Below, piece after piece: positions 22,835 to 35,817 of a stretch of 64,000 bases of DNA. The translations under genes were made by a program, and so were the position numbers. Under the pieces are notes generated by a model. That model made no database searches and was not told the DNA's origin. It saw nothing but the letters and a program-made list of their open reading frames with translations. The stretch is taken from NCBI GenBank assembly GCA_963755335.1, contig CAVWJW010000008.1:1047136-1111135 (forward strand). Direction: 5' to 3'. The DNA comes from an uncultured Actinomycetes bacterium. GTDB taxonomy: Bacteria; Actinomycetota; Actinomycetes; S36-B12. The stretch's first letter is position 1. Each line of letters begins with the position of its first letter.

Positions 22835-23614
22835 ATGAAGATCGCGGTGTGCGTGAAGCAGGTGCCGGACACGTGGGCGGAGAAGACGCTTCAGGCAGGT
22901 GACTCCACGCTCGACCGCGAGGGTCCCGAGGGCGTCATGAACGAGATCGACGAGTACGCCGTCGAGGAGGCACTCCAGCTGGTCGAGGCGCACGGGGGCG
23001 ACGTCACCGTCGTCACGATGGGCCCGGTGAAGGCGGCCGAGACTATTCGCAAGGCCCTGAGCATGGGCGCCGAGGCCGGCGTCCACCTGCTCGACGACGG
23101 CCTGCATGGCTCCGATGCACTCGCGACGTCGTACGCGCTCGCCGAGGTGCTCAGGGACCGCGGCTTCGACCTGGTGATCTTCGGATCCGAGTCGACCGAC
23201 GCGCGCATGAGCGTCGTCCCGGCGATGGTGGCCGAGCGGCTGGGCTGGGCGCAGGCGACATTCGCGCAGAAGGTTGAGGTGTCCGGCGACACCGTCATCA
23301 CGCATCGCGTCTCGGAGACCGGATTCGACACCGTCGAGGCGCCGACGCCTGCCGTGATCAGCGTGGTCGAGAAGATCAACGAGCCGCGGTACCCGTCCTT
23401 CAAGGGCATCATGGCCGCCAAGAAGAAGCCGGTCGAGACGCTGTCCATCGGCGACGCCGGCCTCGACGCGTCGCGACTCGGCCTGTCGGCCGCGTGGACG
23501 ACCGTCGCCGACTTCGCTGCACGTCCGCCCAAGGCGGCCGGCACGGTCGTCACGGACGAGGGGGACGGCGGCGTGAAGATCGCCGACTTCCTGTCCGAGC
23601 AGAAGTTCATCTGA
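22835..23614 (+). CDS. etfB: electron transfer flavoprotein subunit beta
   Basis: Translation MKIAVCVKQVPD...NEIDEYAVEEAL...DLVIFGSESTD. An aggagg RBS lies upstream. Confidence 0.9.
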   Translation: MKIAVCVKQVPDTWAEKTLQAGDSTLDREGPEGVMNEIDEYAVEEALQLVEAHGGDVTVVTMGPVKAAETIRKALSMGAEAGVHLLDDGLHGSDALATSYALAEVLRDRGFDLVIFGSESTDARMSVVPAMVAERLGWAQATFAQKVEVSGDTVITHRVSETGFDTVEAPTPAVISVVEKINEPRYPSFKGIMAAKKKPVETLSIGDAGLDASRLGLSAAWTTVADFAARPPKAAGTVVTDEGDGGVKIADFLSEQKFI

Positions 23615-23659
23615 GCCGTTCCGGCGATAGAGACCACGAGAGATAGAGGAAGACACGTC

Positions 23660-24616
23660 ATGGGTGAGGTTCTGGTCCTGGTCGATCAGGTCGACGGCGC
23701 GGTCCGCAAGGTCACGACCGAGCTGCTGACGCTGGCCCGCCGGCTGGGCACTCCGGCCGCCGTGTGGGCCGGTCCGGGGTACTCCGACGCTGCCGCAGCG
23801 ACGCTGGGCGAGTTCGGTGCCGCAACGGTGTACGTCGCCGACGGCGCTGCGTTCGCCGACCATCCGGTCGCACCCAAGGCGGAGCTGCTCGCGCAGCTGG
23901 TCGCCGAGAAGTCGCCGACCGCCGTCCTCATCGCCTCGAGTGCGGAGGGCAAGGAGGTCGCCGGACGCCTCGCGGTCAAGGCTGCCAGCGGCGTCATCAC
24001 CGACGCGGTCGACATCTCGACCGACCTCGTCGCCACCCAGAGCGTGTTCGGCGGGTCGACCGTCGTCCATTCCCAGGTCACGGCGGGCACCCCGATCTTC
24101 ACCGTCCGCGGCAACTCCGTCGCTCCCGAGGCCGCGCCGGCCGCGGCCGCGCGCGCGGACGTCTCCGTCGCGCTCTCCGATGCCGCAACCAAGGCGAAGG
24201 TCACCGGCCGCACGGTTGCCGTCAAGGGCGGTCGCCCCGACCTCACGGAGGCGGCCATCGTCGTCTCCGGCGGACGCGGCGTCGGCGGACCTGAGGGCTT
24301 CAGCGTTATCGAGGGCCTCGCAGACGCCCTGGGGGCTGCCGTGGGCGCCTCCCGGGCAGCGACGGACGCCGGCTGGTACCCCCATCAGTTCCAGGTCGGC
24401 CAGACCGGCAAGACCGTCTCGCCGCAGCTCTACGTCGCCAACGGCATCTCGGGCGCGATCCAGCACCGCGCCGGCATGCAGACGTCCAAGACCATCGTGG
24501 TCGTCAACAAGGATCCCGAGGCACCGATCTTCGAGCTCGCCGACTTCGGCGTGGTCGGCGACCTGTTCACGGTCGTCCCGCAGCTCACGGCGGAGATCGC
24601 CAAGCGCGCTCAGTAG
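23660..24616 (+). CDS. etfA: electron transfer flavoprotein subunit alpha
   Basis: Translation ...[10 protein letters not shown]...[40 protein letters not shown]. Confidence 0.9.
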   Translation: MGEVLVLVDQVDGAVRKVTTELLTLARRLGTPAAVWAGPGYSDAAAATLGEFGAATVYVADGAAFADHPVAPKAELLAQLVAEKSPTAVLIASSAEGKEVAGRLAVKAASGVITDAVDISTDLVATQSVFGGSTVVHSQVTAGTPIFTVRGNSVAPEAAPAAAARADVSVALSDAATKAKVTGRTVAVKGGRPDLTEAAIVVSGGRGVGGPEGFSVIEGLADALGAAVGASRAATDAGWYPHQFQVGQTGKTVSPQLYVANGISGAIQHRAGMQTSKTIVVVNKDPEAPIFELADFGVVGDLFTVVPQLTAEIAKRAQ

Positions 24617-24647
24617 GGCATTCGCGCTGGCTGACTACGATTCACCC

Positions 24648-25841
24648 GTGGGCGACCGGGCATACCTCGATCACGCGGCGACAACGCCGATGCTGCCTGC
24701 TGCCCGCGAGCAGTGGCTCGCGCAGTCGCACCAGGTCGGCAACCCGTCCTCCCTGCATGCGCAGGGCCGGGCTGCCCGACGCGTCGTCGAGGAGTCCCGG
24801 GAGCGGGTCGCCGGCGCCCTGTGCACCCGACCCAGTGCCGTCGTCTTCACGTCTGGTGGCACCGAGGCCGACAACCTCGCGGTGAAGGGCCTGTTCTGGG
24901 CTCGGCGAGCCAGTGCTGGCGCGACACGGATCCTTGCCTCGGCGATCGAGCACCACGCTGTCCTCGATCCCGTCGAATGGCTCGCCTCGAGCCAAGGCGC
25001 GGACGTGCGCTGGCTGACGGTCGACGGGCTCGGACGCGTGCGGATGGACGAGGTCGAAGCCCTGCTGGCCGACCCCGTCGCGGTGGCGGTGTGCTCGGTG
25101 ATGTGGGCGAACAACGAGGTCGGCACGGTGCAGCCGGTGCACGAGCTGGCCCGGCTGTGCCGCGATGCGGGAGTCCCCTTCCACACCGACGCGGTCCAGG
25201 CCCTGGGCCAACTGCCCATCGACCTCAACGCTCTCGGTGCGGATGCCGTGACCATCAGCAGCCACAAGGTCGGCGGCCCATTCGGCGTCGGTGCGCTGAT
25301 CGCCGATCCGCGCACCCCGCTCACGCCGGTACTCCACGGAGGCGGACAGGAGCGCGAGGTGCGCTCCGGCACCCTCGATGCACCCGCCATCTCGGCGTTC
25401 GCCGTCGCGGTCGAGCATGCCGTCGCGCGCCAGGCTGAGCGCGCCGTGCATCTTGCGAGCCTCCGCGACGACCTCATCGCCGGGATCGTCGACCTCGTTC
25501 CGGACGCCGTCATCAATGGCGATCGCGCCGCCGGCCTCGAGCATCGGCTGCCCGGGAACGTGCATGCCTCGTTCCCTGGGTGCGAGGGCGACCTGCTGCT
25601 CATGCTGATGGATGCCGCGGGCGTCGACTGCTCGACCGGGTCGGCGTGCACGGCCGGGATCCCCGAGCCGAGCCACGTGCTGCTCGCGATGGGCGCCGAT
25701 CCCGTCCTGTCGAGGTCCTCGCTGCGGTTCAGCCTCGCCGAGACGTCCACGAGCGCCGACGTCGAGGCCGCGCTCGCCGCCCTGCCGGGAGCCGTCGCCA
25801 GGGCGCGGCGGGCCGGCTCGCTTGCACCACAGGCGCGCTGA
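24648..25841 (+). CDS. cysteine desulfurase (NifS/IscS family)
   Basis: Translation AYLDHAATTPMLP...FTSGGTEADNLA...ISSHKVGGPFGVGAL (PLP Lys)...SGTLD...CSTGSAC (active-site Cys). The start is at GTG 24648. Confidence 0.85.
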   Translation: MGDRAYLDHAATTPMLPAAREQWLAQSHQVGNPSSLHAQGRAARRVVEESRERVAGALCTRPSAVVFTSGGTEADNLAVKGLFWARRASAGATRILASAIEHHAVLDPVEWLASSQGADVRWLTVDGLGRVRMDEVEALLADPVAVAVCSVMWANNEVGTVQPVHELARLCRDAGVPFHTDAVQALGQLPIDLNALGADAVTISSHKVGGPFGVGALIADPRTPLTPVLHGGGQEREVRSGTLDAPAISAFAVAVEHAVARQAERAVHLASLRDDLIAGIVDLVPDAVINGDRAAGLEHRLPGNVHASFPGCEGDLLLMLMDAAGVDCSTGSACTAGIPEPSHVLLAMGADPVLSRSSLRFSLAETSTSADVEAALAALPGAVARARRAGSLAPQAR

Positions 25842-25842
25842 C

Positions 25843-26931
25843 ATGCGCGTTCTGGTCGCCATGTCCGGCGGCGTCGACTCCTCCGTCGCCGCAGCGCGCA
25901 TGGTCGACGCCGGTCACGAGGTGGTCGGGGTGCATCTTGCGCTCTCGAAGAAGGCGGCCGCGTCGGGTCGCAGCAGGGGCTGCTGCACGCTCGACGATGC
26001 GCGCGACGCGCGTCGCGTTGCCGACATGCTGGGCATCCCGTACTACGTGTGGGATCTGTCGGAGCGCTTCGCGCACGACGTCATCGAGGACTTCCTCGAC
26101 GAGTACCGACTGGGTCGCACGCCGAATCCGTGCCTGCGGTGCAACGAGAGGATCAAGTTCGCCGCGGTCCTCGATCGCGCGCTCGCGCTCGACTTCGACG
26201 CCGTCGCGACCGGCCACTACGCGCGCATCGTCGCGGGGCCTGACGGCCCCGAGCTGCACCGCGCCTTCGACACGACCAAGGACCAGTCGTACGTCCTCGG
26301 CGTCGTCGGGCGGGACCAGCTCGCCCGGGCGCTCTTCCCGCTCGGCAACGACGCGAAGGACGTGGTTCGCGCCGAAGCCGAGGCCCGCGGACTCCTCGTC
26401 GCGCGGAAGCCCGACAGCAACGACATCTGCTTCATCCCCGACGGCGACACTGCCGGATTCCTCCAGCGCACCCTTGGCGCGCAGCCCGGTGACATCGTCG
26501 ACGCGGAGTCCGGCTCGGTCGTGGCGACGCATGACGGGACCTTCTCCTTCACGATCGGCCAACGCCGCGGACTCAACGTGCAGGTGCCGGCCGCGGATGG
26601 GCAGCCGCGGTACGTCGTCGACGTCGATGTCGAGTCGCGCACCGTCATGATCGGGCCGCCGACCCTGCTCGACGTCGACCTGATCGAGGCCGTGCGCCCG
26701 ATCTGGGCTGGCGCGCCGCTCGGCGTGGCGCCGACTGCCGTCATGGCGCAGGTGCGCGCTCACGGAGAGCCGCTGAGGGCGCGCGCCCACGTGCGGGACG
26801 ACCGACTCGTCGTCGAGCTGGCCGACCCGGTTCGCGGCCTCGCGCCCGGACAGGCGGTCGTGGTGTACGACGGCACGCGCGTGATCGGCTCCGCGACCGT
26901 CGACCGCACGCGCCGCGTCGTGCACGCATGA
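25843..26931 (+). CDS. mnmA: tRNA 2-thiouridine(34) synthase
   Basis: Translation MRVLVAMSGGVDSSVAA (PP-loop)...NPCLRCN...TKDQSYVL. Confidence 0.9.
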   Translation: MRVLVAMSGGVDSSVAAARMVDAGHEVVGVHLALSKKAAASGRSRGCCTLDDARDARRVADMLGIPYYVWDLSERFAHDVIEDFLDEYRLGRTPNPCLRCNERIKFAAVLDRALALDFDAVATGHYARIVAGPDGPELHRAFDTTKDQSYVLGVVGRDQLARALFPLGNDAKDVVRAEAEARGLLVARKPDSNDICFIPDGDTAGFLQRTLGAQPGDIVDAESGSVVATHDGTFSFTIGQRRGLNVQVPAADGQPRYVVDVDVESRTVMIGPPTLLDVDLIEAVRPIWAGAPLGVAPTAVMAQVRAHGEPLRARAHVRDDRLVVELADPVRGLAPGQAVVVYDGTRVIGSATVDRTRRVVHA

Positions 26932-27985
26932 GCCTCGACGCAGCGGCGCCCCTCCCGTGGGCCAGCGCCGAGGCCACCTCCATCGGGTCCTTCCCGGGGA
27001 CGTTCCCGCGGGAGAGCGCCCGCATCGTCGCGGGGGAGCTGGCCGGGTTCGTGCACGTCGCCGAGCTGCCGGCCCGCGGACCGGGTGCCGACATGGTCGG
27101 CCGGACCGCCGCCATGCTTGCTACGGTGTCGAGCCACTTCGCGGTCGAGACGACCCCGGCGGGGTGGCGCTTCACGGCGGCGCCCGGCCGCGAGGTCAGA
27201 CACGCGTGGTCGATGCTTGCCGAGGACCTCGACGCCCTCGAGGAGCAGTCTCAGGACTACGCCGGGCCGGTGAAGGTCCAGGTGGTCGGCCCCTGGACGC
27301 TGGCGGCGGCGCTGGAGATGCGCACGGGGGAGCGCGCTCTCGGCGATCCCAAGGCCGTCTGGGACATCGCCCAGGCGCTTGCTGAGGCGATCGATGGGCA
27401 GGTCGCCGAACTGCGCCGCCGACTGCCCAAGTCGGGTCAGGTCGTGGTCCAGATTGACGAGCCGTCGCTGCCCGCGGTCCTCGAGGGCCGCATCGGCACG
27501 GCGAGCGGCCTTTCCGCGTATCGGGCGATCGACGGGCAGGCGGCGGAGCGGGTTCTCGGTCATGTGATCCGCGGCCGGGCCAGCGATGTCGTGGGCGTGC
27601 ACTGCTGCGCGATTGATGTCCCCCTCGACCTCTTACGAGCGAGCGGTGCGAGGTTTGTCAGCGTCGACTTCGTGCCCCTGGTGAACGACCACTCACTCGA
27701 CGACGGCCTCGGCCAGGCATGGGAGGCAGGGCTGGGCGTCCTGGCGGGCTGCGTGCCCGCCGTCGGTGTCGGACCCCTGGGGGATCGTGAGGCAAGTGCG
27801 CCGCTGCGCGCGGTGCTGCACCGGCTCGGTCTCGAGGATCCGCAATGGCTCGACGCAGGTGGCCATCACGCCCTCCTGCGGGCTGGCCGGGGCATCACCC
27901 GAGTGGGTGCGAACCGCGCTGGCGGCGTGCACCGCGGCGGGACGCGTGGTGCGGCAGGACGAGACGGAGGGCAGGGAGGCGATCG

Positions 27986-27996
<11 letters not shown>
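26928..27996 (+). pseudogene. MetE-like (cobalamin-independent methionine synthase C-terminal fold) protein, conserved upstream of ligA, one +1 frame disruption
   Basis: The frame reads well up to ...LHRLGLEDPQWLD. The C-terminus QVAITPSCGLAGASPEWVRTALAACTAAGRVV is in the +1 frame (ORF 27766..27996). The switch is at 27849-27859. The length is 3n+1. An ATGA overlaps the mnmA stop. Confidence 0.6.
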
Positions 27997-30204
<2,208 letters not shown>

Positions 30205-30237
30205 ACGCCGACACGCGCCGCGTGTGATGCTGCCGCT

Positions 30238-30807
30238 ATGAGCGCCTCCGTCACAGTCCTGCACAACGGCTACGTCGGTCCGGAGGACGACGCCGGGCTC
30301 CACGTGGGCTCCACGGTCACCCTGGTCTCGCAGGGCGACACGCACGTGATCGTGGACCCCGGACTGGTCGCCACGACGGGCCTCATCCTCGACCCCTTGC
30401 GCGCCCTGGGCCTTGATCCGGAGCAGGTCACCGACGTCGTCTTCAGCCACCAGCACATCGACCACACGCTCAACGCCGCACTGTTCCCGGCCGCTCGCTT
30501 CCACGACTTCGCGGCGGTCTACCAGGGCGACCTGTGGCTCGACGAGGATGCCGAGGGGCGCGCCCTGGCCGACGACATCCGGCTGATCCGCACTCCGGGC
30601 CACACGGTCGAGGACATCTCGACGGTGGTGCAGACCGCCGACGGACTGATCGTGTGCACGCATGCCTGGTGGTACGAGGCCGGGCCGCAGGAGGACCCGT
30701 ACGCGCCGGACCCCGACGTCCTGCGGGCCTCCCGCGAGCGCATCCTCGCCTTGCAGCCGGCGCTGGTGATCCCCGGTCACGGCGTGCCGTTCGCGCCTGC
30801 GCCCTGA
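30238..30807 (+). CDS. MBL-fold metallo-hydrolase
   Basis: The HQHIDH (HxHxDH) motif, then ...TPGHTVEDIS...PGHG. Confidence 0.75.
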   Translation: MSASVTVLHNGYVGPEDDAGLHVGSTVTLVSQGDTHVIVDPGLVATTGLILDPLRALGLDPEQVTDVVFSHQHIDHTLNAALFPAARFHDFAAVYQGDLWLDEDAEGRALADDIRLIRTPGHTVEDISTVVQTADGLIVCTHAWWYEAGPQEDPYAPDPDVLRASRERILALQPALVIPGHGVPFAPAP

Positions 30808-30968
30808 TCCCACGTCTGCTGCTGGTGCGTCACTCGTGGCTGACCTCGCACCGATCCGGCGCCACTCGTGGCTGGTGTTCGTCCGATTTGTCCAGCCACG
30901 CCTGACGCCGGTGGGGGATGAACCGACGGCGCGGCGGGTGCGGATGGGCCGTCAATAGGATGACGCGC

Positions 30969-31265
30969 ATGACAGCGATCACCCGTGCCGATGTCGAGCA
31001 CCTGGCCAGGCTGGCCCGGCTCGAGCTGAGCGCCGACGAGCTCGACCACTACGCCGGCCAGCTGGACGTGATCCTCCAGTCCGTGGCCCGCGTCTCGGAG
31101 GTGGTCGCCGACGACATCCCTCCGACCTCGCACCCGATTCCCATGGAGAACGTCTTCCGCGAGGACGTCGCCCGCCCCGGGCTCGACCGCGACACGGTGG
31201 CCGCCGGCGCTCCCGCGTGGGAGGACGACCGCTTCCGCGTGCCGCGCATCCTGGACGAGGAGTGA
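30969..31265 (+). CDS. gatC: Asp-tRNA(Asn)/Glu-tRNA(Gln) amidotransferase subunit C
   Basis: Translation [25 protein letters not shown]...LDVILQSV...TSHP. An alternative start lies at 30960. Confidence 0.85.
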   Translation: MTAITRADVEHLARLARLELSADELDHYAGQLDVILQSVARVSEVVADDIPPTSHPIPMENVFREDVARPGLDRDTVAAGAPAWEDDRFRVPRILDEE

Positions 31266-31267
31266 CC

Positions 31268-32785
31268 GTGACGCTCATCGACTCGGGCCTCGAGAAGGAC
31301 CTCACCCGGCAGGACGCCGCAGTGCTCGCCCGCGCCATCGCCGAGGGCGAGGTGTCCTCCCGTGAGGTCACCCAGGCACACCTCGACCGCATCGCCAGCG
31401 TCGACGATCGCGTCCACGCGTTCCTGCATGTCGACACCGAGGCGGCCCTCGAGGCGGCCGATCGCGTCGATGCGAAGCGTGCGGCGGGCGACTCGCTCGG
31501 CCCGCTCGCCGGTGTGCCTCTGGCGCTCAAGGACGTGCTGACGATGAAGGGCGTGCCCACCACGTGTGGGTCACGCGTCCTCGAAGGATGGCGCCCGCCC
31601 TACGACTCGACGGTCGTCGAGAGGCTGCGCGCGGCCGACATCGTCATCCTCGGCAAGACGAACATGGACGAGTTCGCCATGGGCTCGTCGACCGAGCACT
31701 CCGCGTACGGCCCCACCCACAACCCGTGGGACCTCGAGCGCATCCCCGGTGGCTCGGGTGGGGGGTCAGCGGCGTCGCTGGCCGCGTTCGAGGCGCCTCT
31801 GGCGATCGGGACCGACACCGGCGGCTCGATCCGCCAGCCGGCAGCCGTCACCGGAACCGTCGGCGTCAAGCCCACGTACGGCGGGGTCTCGCGGTTCGGC
31901 CTCGTCGCCCTGGCGTCTTCGCTCGACCAGGCCGGTCCCTGCGGGCGCACGGTGCTCGACACCGCGCTGCTGCACGCTGCGATCGCCGGTCACGACCCGC
32001 GCGACTCCACGTCCATCGACGCCCCCGTTCCTGACGTGGTCGCGGCGGCCCGCAAGGGCGACGTCCGCGGACTGCGCATCGGACTCGTCAAGGAGCTGAG
32101 GGGCGAGGGCTACCAGACCGGCGTCCAGCAGCGCTTCGACGAGGCGGTGGCCCTGCTCACCGGGCTCGGAGCCGAGGTGGTCGAGGTCTCGTGCCCGCAC
32201 TTCGACTACGCCCTGGGCGCCTACTACCTCATCCTGCCGTCGGAGGCCTCGAGCAACCTCGCCAAGTTCGACGGCATGCGCTACGGCCTTCGCGTCGGCG
32301 ACGACGGCAGCAACTCCGTCGAGCAGGTCATGGCACTGACCCGAGAGGCCGGCTTCGGTGCGGAGGTCAAGCGCCGCATCATGATCGGCACGTATGCGCT
32401 GTCGAGCGGCTACTACGACGCCTACTACGGGCAGGCGCAGAAGGTCCGCACGCTCATCACCCGCGACTTCAACGCGGCGTTCGAGCAGGTCGACGTACTG
32501 GTCTCCCCGACGGCGCCGACCACCGCGTTCAAGATCGGCGACAAGGTCGACGATCCGATCGCCATGTACCTCAACGACATCGCCACCATCCCGGTGAACC
32601 TGGCGGGCAACGCCGCCATGTCGCTTCCGATCGGCCTCGCACCGGAGGACGGCCTGCCGGTGGGGCTGCAGATCATGGCCCCCCCGATGGCCGATGACCG
32701 CCTGTACCTCGTCGGCTCAGCGCTCGAGGCGGCGCTTGTCGACCGATGGGGACACCTGCTGATCGAGGAGGTGCCGTCGCTGTGA
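31268..32785 (+). CDS. gatA: Asp-tRNA(Asn)/Glu-tRNA(Gln) amidotransferase subunit A
   Basis: Amidase signature [13 protein letters not shown]...[16 protein letters not shown] at 31268 (or 31262) abuts the gatC stop. Confidence 0.9.
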   Translation: MTLIDSGLEKDLTRQDAAVLARAIAEGEVSSREVTQAHLDRIASVDDRVHAFLHVDTEAALEAADRVDAKRAAGDSLGPLAGVPLALKDVLTMKGVPTTCGSRVLEGWRPPYDSTVVERLRAADIVILGKTNMDEFAMGSSTEHSAYGPTHNPWDLERIPGGSGGGSAASLAAFEAPLAIGTDTGGSIRQPAAVTGTVGVKPTYGGVSRFGLVALASSLDQAGPCGRTVLDTALLHAAIAGHDPRDSTSIDAPVPDVVAAARKGDVRGLRIGLVKELRGEGYQTGVQQRFDEAVALLTGLGAEVVEVSCPHFDYALGAYYLILPSEASSNLAKFDGMRYGLRVGDDGSNSVEQVMALTREAGFGAEVKRRIMIGTYALSSGYYDAYYGQAQKVRTLITRDFNAAFEQVDVLVSPTAPTTAFKIGDKVDDPIAMYLNDIATIPVNLAGNAAMSLPIGLAPEDGLPVGLQIMAPPMADDRLYLVGSALEAALVDRWGHLLIEEVPSL

Positions 32786-34308
32786 CTGCGGTGAGCACGG
32801 GACACGAGACGATGGACTACGACGAGGTCATGGCGGCGTTCGAGCCGGTGATCGGCCTCGAGACACACGTCGAGCTGGGCACCAACTCGAAGATGTTCTG
32901 CGCCTGCCCGACGGCGTTCGGCGCGGAGCCGAACACGCAGGTCTGCCCGGTGTGCCTCGGGCTGCCCGGATCGCTGCCCGTCGTCAACCGCATGGCGGTC
33001 GAGTCGACCATCCGGATGGGGCTGTCGCTGAACTGCTCGATCGCGCCCTGGTGCCGGTTCGCGCGCAAGAACTACTTCTACCCCGACATGCCGAAGGACT
33101 ACCAGATCAGTCAGTACGACGAGCCGCTGTGCTCGGACGGCTGGCTCGACGTGACGGTCGACACCGACGACGGACCGCGGGTGTTCCGCGTCGAGATCGA
33201 GCGGGTCCACATGGAGGAGGACACGGGCAAGCTCACGCACTCCGGTGGCGCCACCGGCCGCATCCACGGGGCCGACTACTCGCTGGTCGACTACAACCGC
33301 GCGGGCATTCCGCTGATCGAGATCGTCACCAAGCCGATCGTCGGCACGGGTGCCCTCGCCCCGCAGGTGGCCAAGGCCTACGTCACGGAACTGCGCAACC
33401 TCATGCGCGCGCTGGGCGTGTCCGACGTCCGCATGGAGGAGGGATCGCTGCGCTGCGACGTCAACGTGTCGTTGAACCGGCCCGGCGATGACTGGGGGAC
33501 CCGCAGCGAGACGAAGAACGTCAACTCGCTGCGTTCCGTCGAGCGGGCCGTCCACTCCGAGATCGAGCGTCAGGGCGCCGTCCTGACGGCCGGCGGGCGG
33601 ATCGTCCAGGAGACCCGGCACTTCCACGAGGACACCGGGCGATCGACGTCCGGCCGCTCTAAGGAGCAGGCCGAGGACTACCGGTACTTCCCCGAGCCCG
33701 ACCTCGTCCCAGTCGCGGCCTCCCTCGCGTGGATCGATGAGCTGCGCCTCACCCTGCCCGAGCTGCCCTCCGACAAGCGGGCCCGACTGCAGGCCGAGTG
33801 GGGCATCGGCGAGCACGAGCTGGCCACGATCGTCAACGCCGGTGCGCTCGATCTGGTCGAGCAGACGATCGCCGAGGGGGTCGAGCCTGCCGCGGCCCGC
33901 AAGTGGTGGACCGGAGAGCTCACCCGCATCGCCAACGACCGTGAGATCGAGCTCGTGGACGTGCCTGTCACCCCGGCGCAGATCCGTCGCGTCGAGGCCC
34001 TCGTGGCCGACGGGAGCCTGAACGACAAGCTGGCCCGCCAGGTCTTCGACGGCATCGTCAGTGGCGAGGGCGACGTTGACGAGGTCGTGGCCGGTCGCGG
34101 CCTCGCGATCGTCAGCGACGACTCGTCGCTGCTCGCCGCCATCGACCAGGCCCTCGCCGAGCAGCCCGACGTCGCCGAGAAGATCCGCGGAGGCAAGGTG
34201 CAGGCGGCAGGTGCGATCGTCGGCGCGGTCATGAAGGCGACGCGCGGCCAGGCCGATGCGGCCAAGGTGCGGGCGCTCCTGCTCGAGCGCCTCGGCGTCG
34301 CGGAGTAG
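32782..34308 (+). CDS. gatB: Asp-tRNA(Asn)/Glu-tRNA(Gln) amidotransferase subunit B
   Basis: Translation [20 protein letters not shown]...[13 protein letters not shown]...[24 protein letters not shown]. The GTG at 32782 overlaps the gatA stop. Confidence 0.9.
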   Translation: MTAVSTGHETMDYDEVMAAFEPVIGLETHVELGTNSKMFCACPTAFGAEPNTQVCPVCLGLPGSLPVVNRMAVESTIRMGLSLNCSIAPWCRFARKNYFYPDMPKDYQISQYDEPLCSDGWLDVTVDTDDGPRVFRVEIERVHMEEDTGKLTHSGGATGRIHGADYSLVDYNRAGIPLIEIVTKPIVGTGALAPQVAKAYVTELRNLMRALGVSDVRMEEGSLRCDVNVSLNRPGDDWGTRSETKNVNSLRSVERAVHSEIERQGAVLTAGGRIVQETRHFHEDTGRSTSGRSKEQAEDYRYFPEPDLVPVAASLAWIDELRLTLPELPSDKRARLQAEWGIGEHELATIVNAGALDLVEQTIAEGVEPAAARKWWTGELTRIANDREIELVDVPVTPAQIRRVEALVADGSLNDKLARQVFDGIVSGEGDVDEVVAGRGLAIVSDDSSLLAAIDQALAEQPDVAEKIRGGKVQAAGAIVGAVMKATRGQADAAKVRALLLERLGVAE

Positions 34309-34310
34309 CG

Positions 34311-35177
34311 ATGCTGGGCGCGCTGGTTCCGCTGGACGTGCGGCCCGCGCCCTCACCGGTGCCCCTTGTCGACGATCTCGACGAGGTGGCCTTCTACGTG
34401 CCGCCGTACATGGGTGGCGTCGAGGATCTCGCGCTGATGGCGAGCATGCCGAACCTGCGGGTCGTGCAGCTGCTGACGGCCGGGTTCGAGAACGCCCTGG
34501 CACAGCTGCCGAACGGCGTCACCTTGTGCAACGCCGCTGGGGTCCACGACGCGAGCACGGCCGAACTGGCGGTTGGCCTGACCATCGCCTCGCTTCGCGG
34601 GCTCGACGACTTCGCCCGCGCGATGCCCTCGGGTGCGTGGCTCTTCGGCCGGCGCGAGTCGCTCGCCGACAAGCGGGTGATCGTCATCGGAGCCGGGGGA
34701 GTCGGCCAGGCGATCCGCAGCCGCCTTGAGCCGTTCGAGGCCGACGTGACGATGATCGCGACCACGGCACGCCCTGGCGTCCACGCCTTCTCCGAGCTGC
34801 CCGAGCTCCTGCCACGTGCCGACGTGGTCATCCTCGCCGTGCCCCTGACTGGCGCGACGAGGGGGATGGTCGACGCGCCGTTCCTCGCCCTGATGGCGGA
34901 CGGGGCCCTGCTCGTCAACGTCGCACGGGGCCCGGTCGTCGTCACCGAGGCACTCGTCGAGCAGGTGGGCGCCGGGCGCCTGCGCGCCGCACTCGACGTG
35001 ACGGATCCCGAGCCGCTGCCACCTGAACACTCCTTGTGGACCCTGCCAAGCGTCCTCATCAGCCCGCACGTCGGCGGCAACACGTCCGCGTTCCTGCCCC
35101 GCGCACGCGTGCTCGTCGCCGAGCAGTTGCAGCGTTTCGTTGCTGGCGATGCGCTGCGCTTCGTAGTGTCCCCTTAG
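34311..35177 (+). CDS. D-isomer-specific 2-hydroxyacid dehydrogenase family protein
   Basis: NAD-binding motif VIVIGAGGVGQAI, then ...LLVNVARG...DVTDPEPLP..HSLW...ISPHVGG. Confidence 0.8.
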   Translation: MLGALVPLDVRPAPSPVPLVDDLDEVAFYVPPYMGGVEDLALMASMPNLRVVQLLTAGFENALAQLPNGVTLCNAAGVHDASTAELAVGLTIASLRGLDDFARAMPSGAWLFGRRESLADKRVIVIGAGGVGQAIRSRLEPFEADVTMIATTARPGVHAFSELPELLPRADVVILAVPLTGATRGMVDAPFLALMADGALLVNVARGPVVVTEALVEQVGAGRLRAALDVTDPEPLPPEHSLWTLPSVLISPHVGGNTSAFLPRARVLVAEQLQRFVAGDALRFVVSP

Positions 35178-35194
35178 CCACCGGGAGGCCCCCC

Positions 35195-35776
35195 TTGAAG
35201 CGACTCATTGCGGCAGCCGCGATCCTGCTCACCATCGGCGCGATGGCCCCGGCGGCGATGGCCGCGGGCACGACCACCATCACCCTGAGGATCACCCGGT
35301 GTGGCGGCTGCGAGGTGCAGCCGATGCTTATGCGAACCGATGCCGATGGAAAGCTCGCGACCTACACCGGAACCAAGGTCAAGGTGCGCAAGGGCGTCGC
35401 CATCATGAAGGTGCCCACGGACAACACGCCGGGCATGTCATTCCTGCTCGACGGACCCACGGCGGCCGCCATCGACGCGGTGCCGGTCCTCGTCACCCAG
35501 TACCGCGGCCATCGACCCGGCAGTGTGGTGACGCCGGCACAGGCCAAGGCGGCGAAGAAGGCCAGCGGGTGCTGGGTCGGGACCTCGGCCGGCAGCGTCA
35601 CCCTGACCGCCCGCGCCACGACGGTCAGGCTCCCCGCCTTCCCGGCCGACGGGACCACGACTCCTGTCACGACCGCGTGGCTGGTGCCGACGGCCAAGGC
35701 CGTCGGCGGGTTCGACGACGTCACGAAGGGCGTTCTGGCCACCCAGAACGGCGGCTGGCCCTGCAACGCGGGGTAG
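35195..35776 (+). CDS. secreted hypothetical protein (signal peptide, 5 Cys)
   Basis: TTG start. The signal is LKRLIAAAAILLTIGAMAPAAMAAG. No domain was recognised. GC3 is high. Confidence 0.5.
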   Translation: MKRLIAAAAILLTIGAMAPAAMAAGTTTITLRITRCGGCEVQPMLMRTDADGKLATYTGTKVKVRKGVAIMKVPTDNTPGMSFLLDGPTAAAIDAVPVLVTQYRGHRPGSVVTPAQAKAAKKASGCWVGTSAGSVTLTARATTVRLPAFPADGTTTPVTTAWLVPTAKAVGGFDDVTKGVLATQNGGWPCNAG

Positions 35777-35817
35777 TCGGGGGTCCCAGGCGGCGCCCGC
35801 GTCAATAGGCTGCCGCC

